Shown here: positions 63,240 through 64,000 of the stretch, one piece after another
Numbering within the stretch: the stretch's first letter is position 1
Layout: each line of letters starts with the position of its first letter
Source of the DNA: Dendrobates tinctorius
Taxonomy: Eukaryota
Length of the DNA: 64,000 nt
NCBI RefSeq assembly: GCF_039654945.1
Contig: NW_027361730.1
Location: forward strand, 1,860,001 to 1,924,000
Reading direction: 5' to 3'
The notes under the pieces: generated by a model
The model's database searches: none
Seen by the model: only the letters and a program-made list of their open reading frames with translations
Told to the model about the DNA's origin: nothing
Position numbers and translations under genes: made by a program

Positions 63240-63730
63240 ATATTCACAAAATTTTGTGGACCATAAGACGCACCTTTGAGGTGCAAAATAGGAAAAACCT
63301 TTTTTAAATAAAATGGTGGTGGTCTTATAGTCCTTTTTAACGTTAGCTTACCTTGGGATGGCTACAGAGGAGTGGGGCCAAAGGAGGCAAGGTTGCTGCT
63401 TCCGGAGGCCGGCCGGCAGGAGCAAGGCGATGCTGCGTTGTCTGGGATCTCAGATGGTGTCGGCGCTGATGAGCGGAGTCCATTTTCCAAATGATATTGC
63501 TGCGGTGGGCTTTGGTACGATGACCACCGGAAGCGGTGCATGCACAGTTTGAAATCTCAGGAGACGAGAGCTCCTGCTGCTGCCGGCCTCCTGAAGCAAT
63601 GACCCTGTCTCCTGTGACCTTGCTCCATTGCAGCCGCCCCTCAGTAAACTCACTTCGGATTATAAGATGCACCCCCTTTTTCATTTCAAATTTGAGGAAA
63701 AAAATGCATCTTATAATCTGAAAAATACGC
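63240..63730. mobile_element. Pogo/Tigger-like non-autonomous element
   Basis: GGACCATAAGACGCACC ... TGCATCTTATAATCTGAAAAATACG terminal motifs. Confidence 0.6.
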
Positions 63731-63953
63731 TATTACAAAGAATAAAAGAACATCAGCGACCCTATTGAAAGAAATACTCAGGGTTGATGCTTCTTTGTAG
63801 GTGTGCATCTCAGCCTGACAAAAAGTTGTACAATTTAAGCATCTGTCCATGTTCCATAAGCTGGACACAGAAACACAATTTGCTCCTTAGACTATATACC
63901 CAATAAAAAAAATTCAACCATTGCATACTATAAGTAAAATTTTATTTTTGCAG

Positions 63954-64000
63954 GGTGGGAACCAATCAGTTGGGTGATCATGGCGCTCAAGAACTTTGGA
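63954..64000 (+). CDS. IgV-TM-NLR gene, next LRR exon (runs off the window)
   Basis: ttttatttttgcag| phase-2 acceptor; (S)VGTNQLGDHGAQELW matches LxxNxLGDxGAxxL. Confidence 0.88.

Overview
Eukaryotic vertebrate DNA, most likely a frog (inferred from the repeat families: CR1, piggyBac with CCCCTT..AAGGGG ends, DIRS, chromodomain Gypsy, Tc1, Harbinger-like and T2-like palindromic MITEs, a tRNA-derived SINE). Most of the window is transposon-derived and heavily nested. Threaded through it on the + strand is one host gene that the ORF track shows only in pieces. Joining canonical AG/GT-bounded, phase-compatible exons gives a stop-free reading frame of more than 750 codons: signal peptide (28348-28426), B7/butyrophilin-like IgV (34842-35192), stalk plus transmembrane helix (46053-46199), a 33-nt linker exon present twice because of a recent 4.25-kb tandem duplication (50192-50224 and 54441-54473), a NACHT exon (60124-61669) and RI-type LRR exons (62751-62837, 63954 to the window end). 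This predicts a type-I membrane-anchored NLR (IgV-TM-NACHT-LRR) with no N-terminal PYD/CARD. A double ISRE/IRF element followed by an ATG|GTGAGT donor at about 10120-10215 is the likely interferon-inducible promoter and first exon. The gene model comes from sequence inspection only and needs transcript confirmation.
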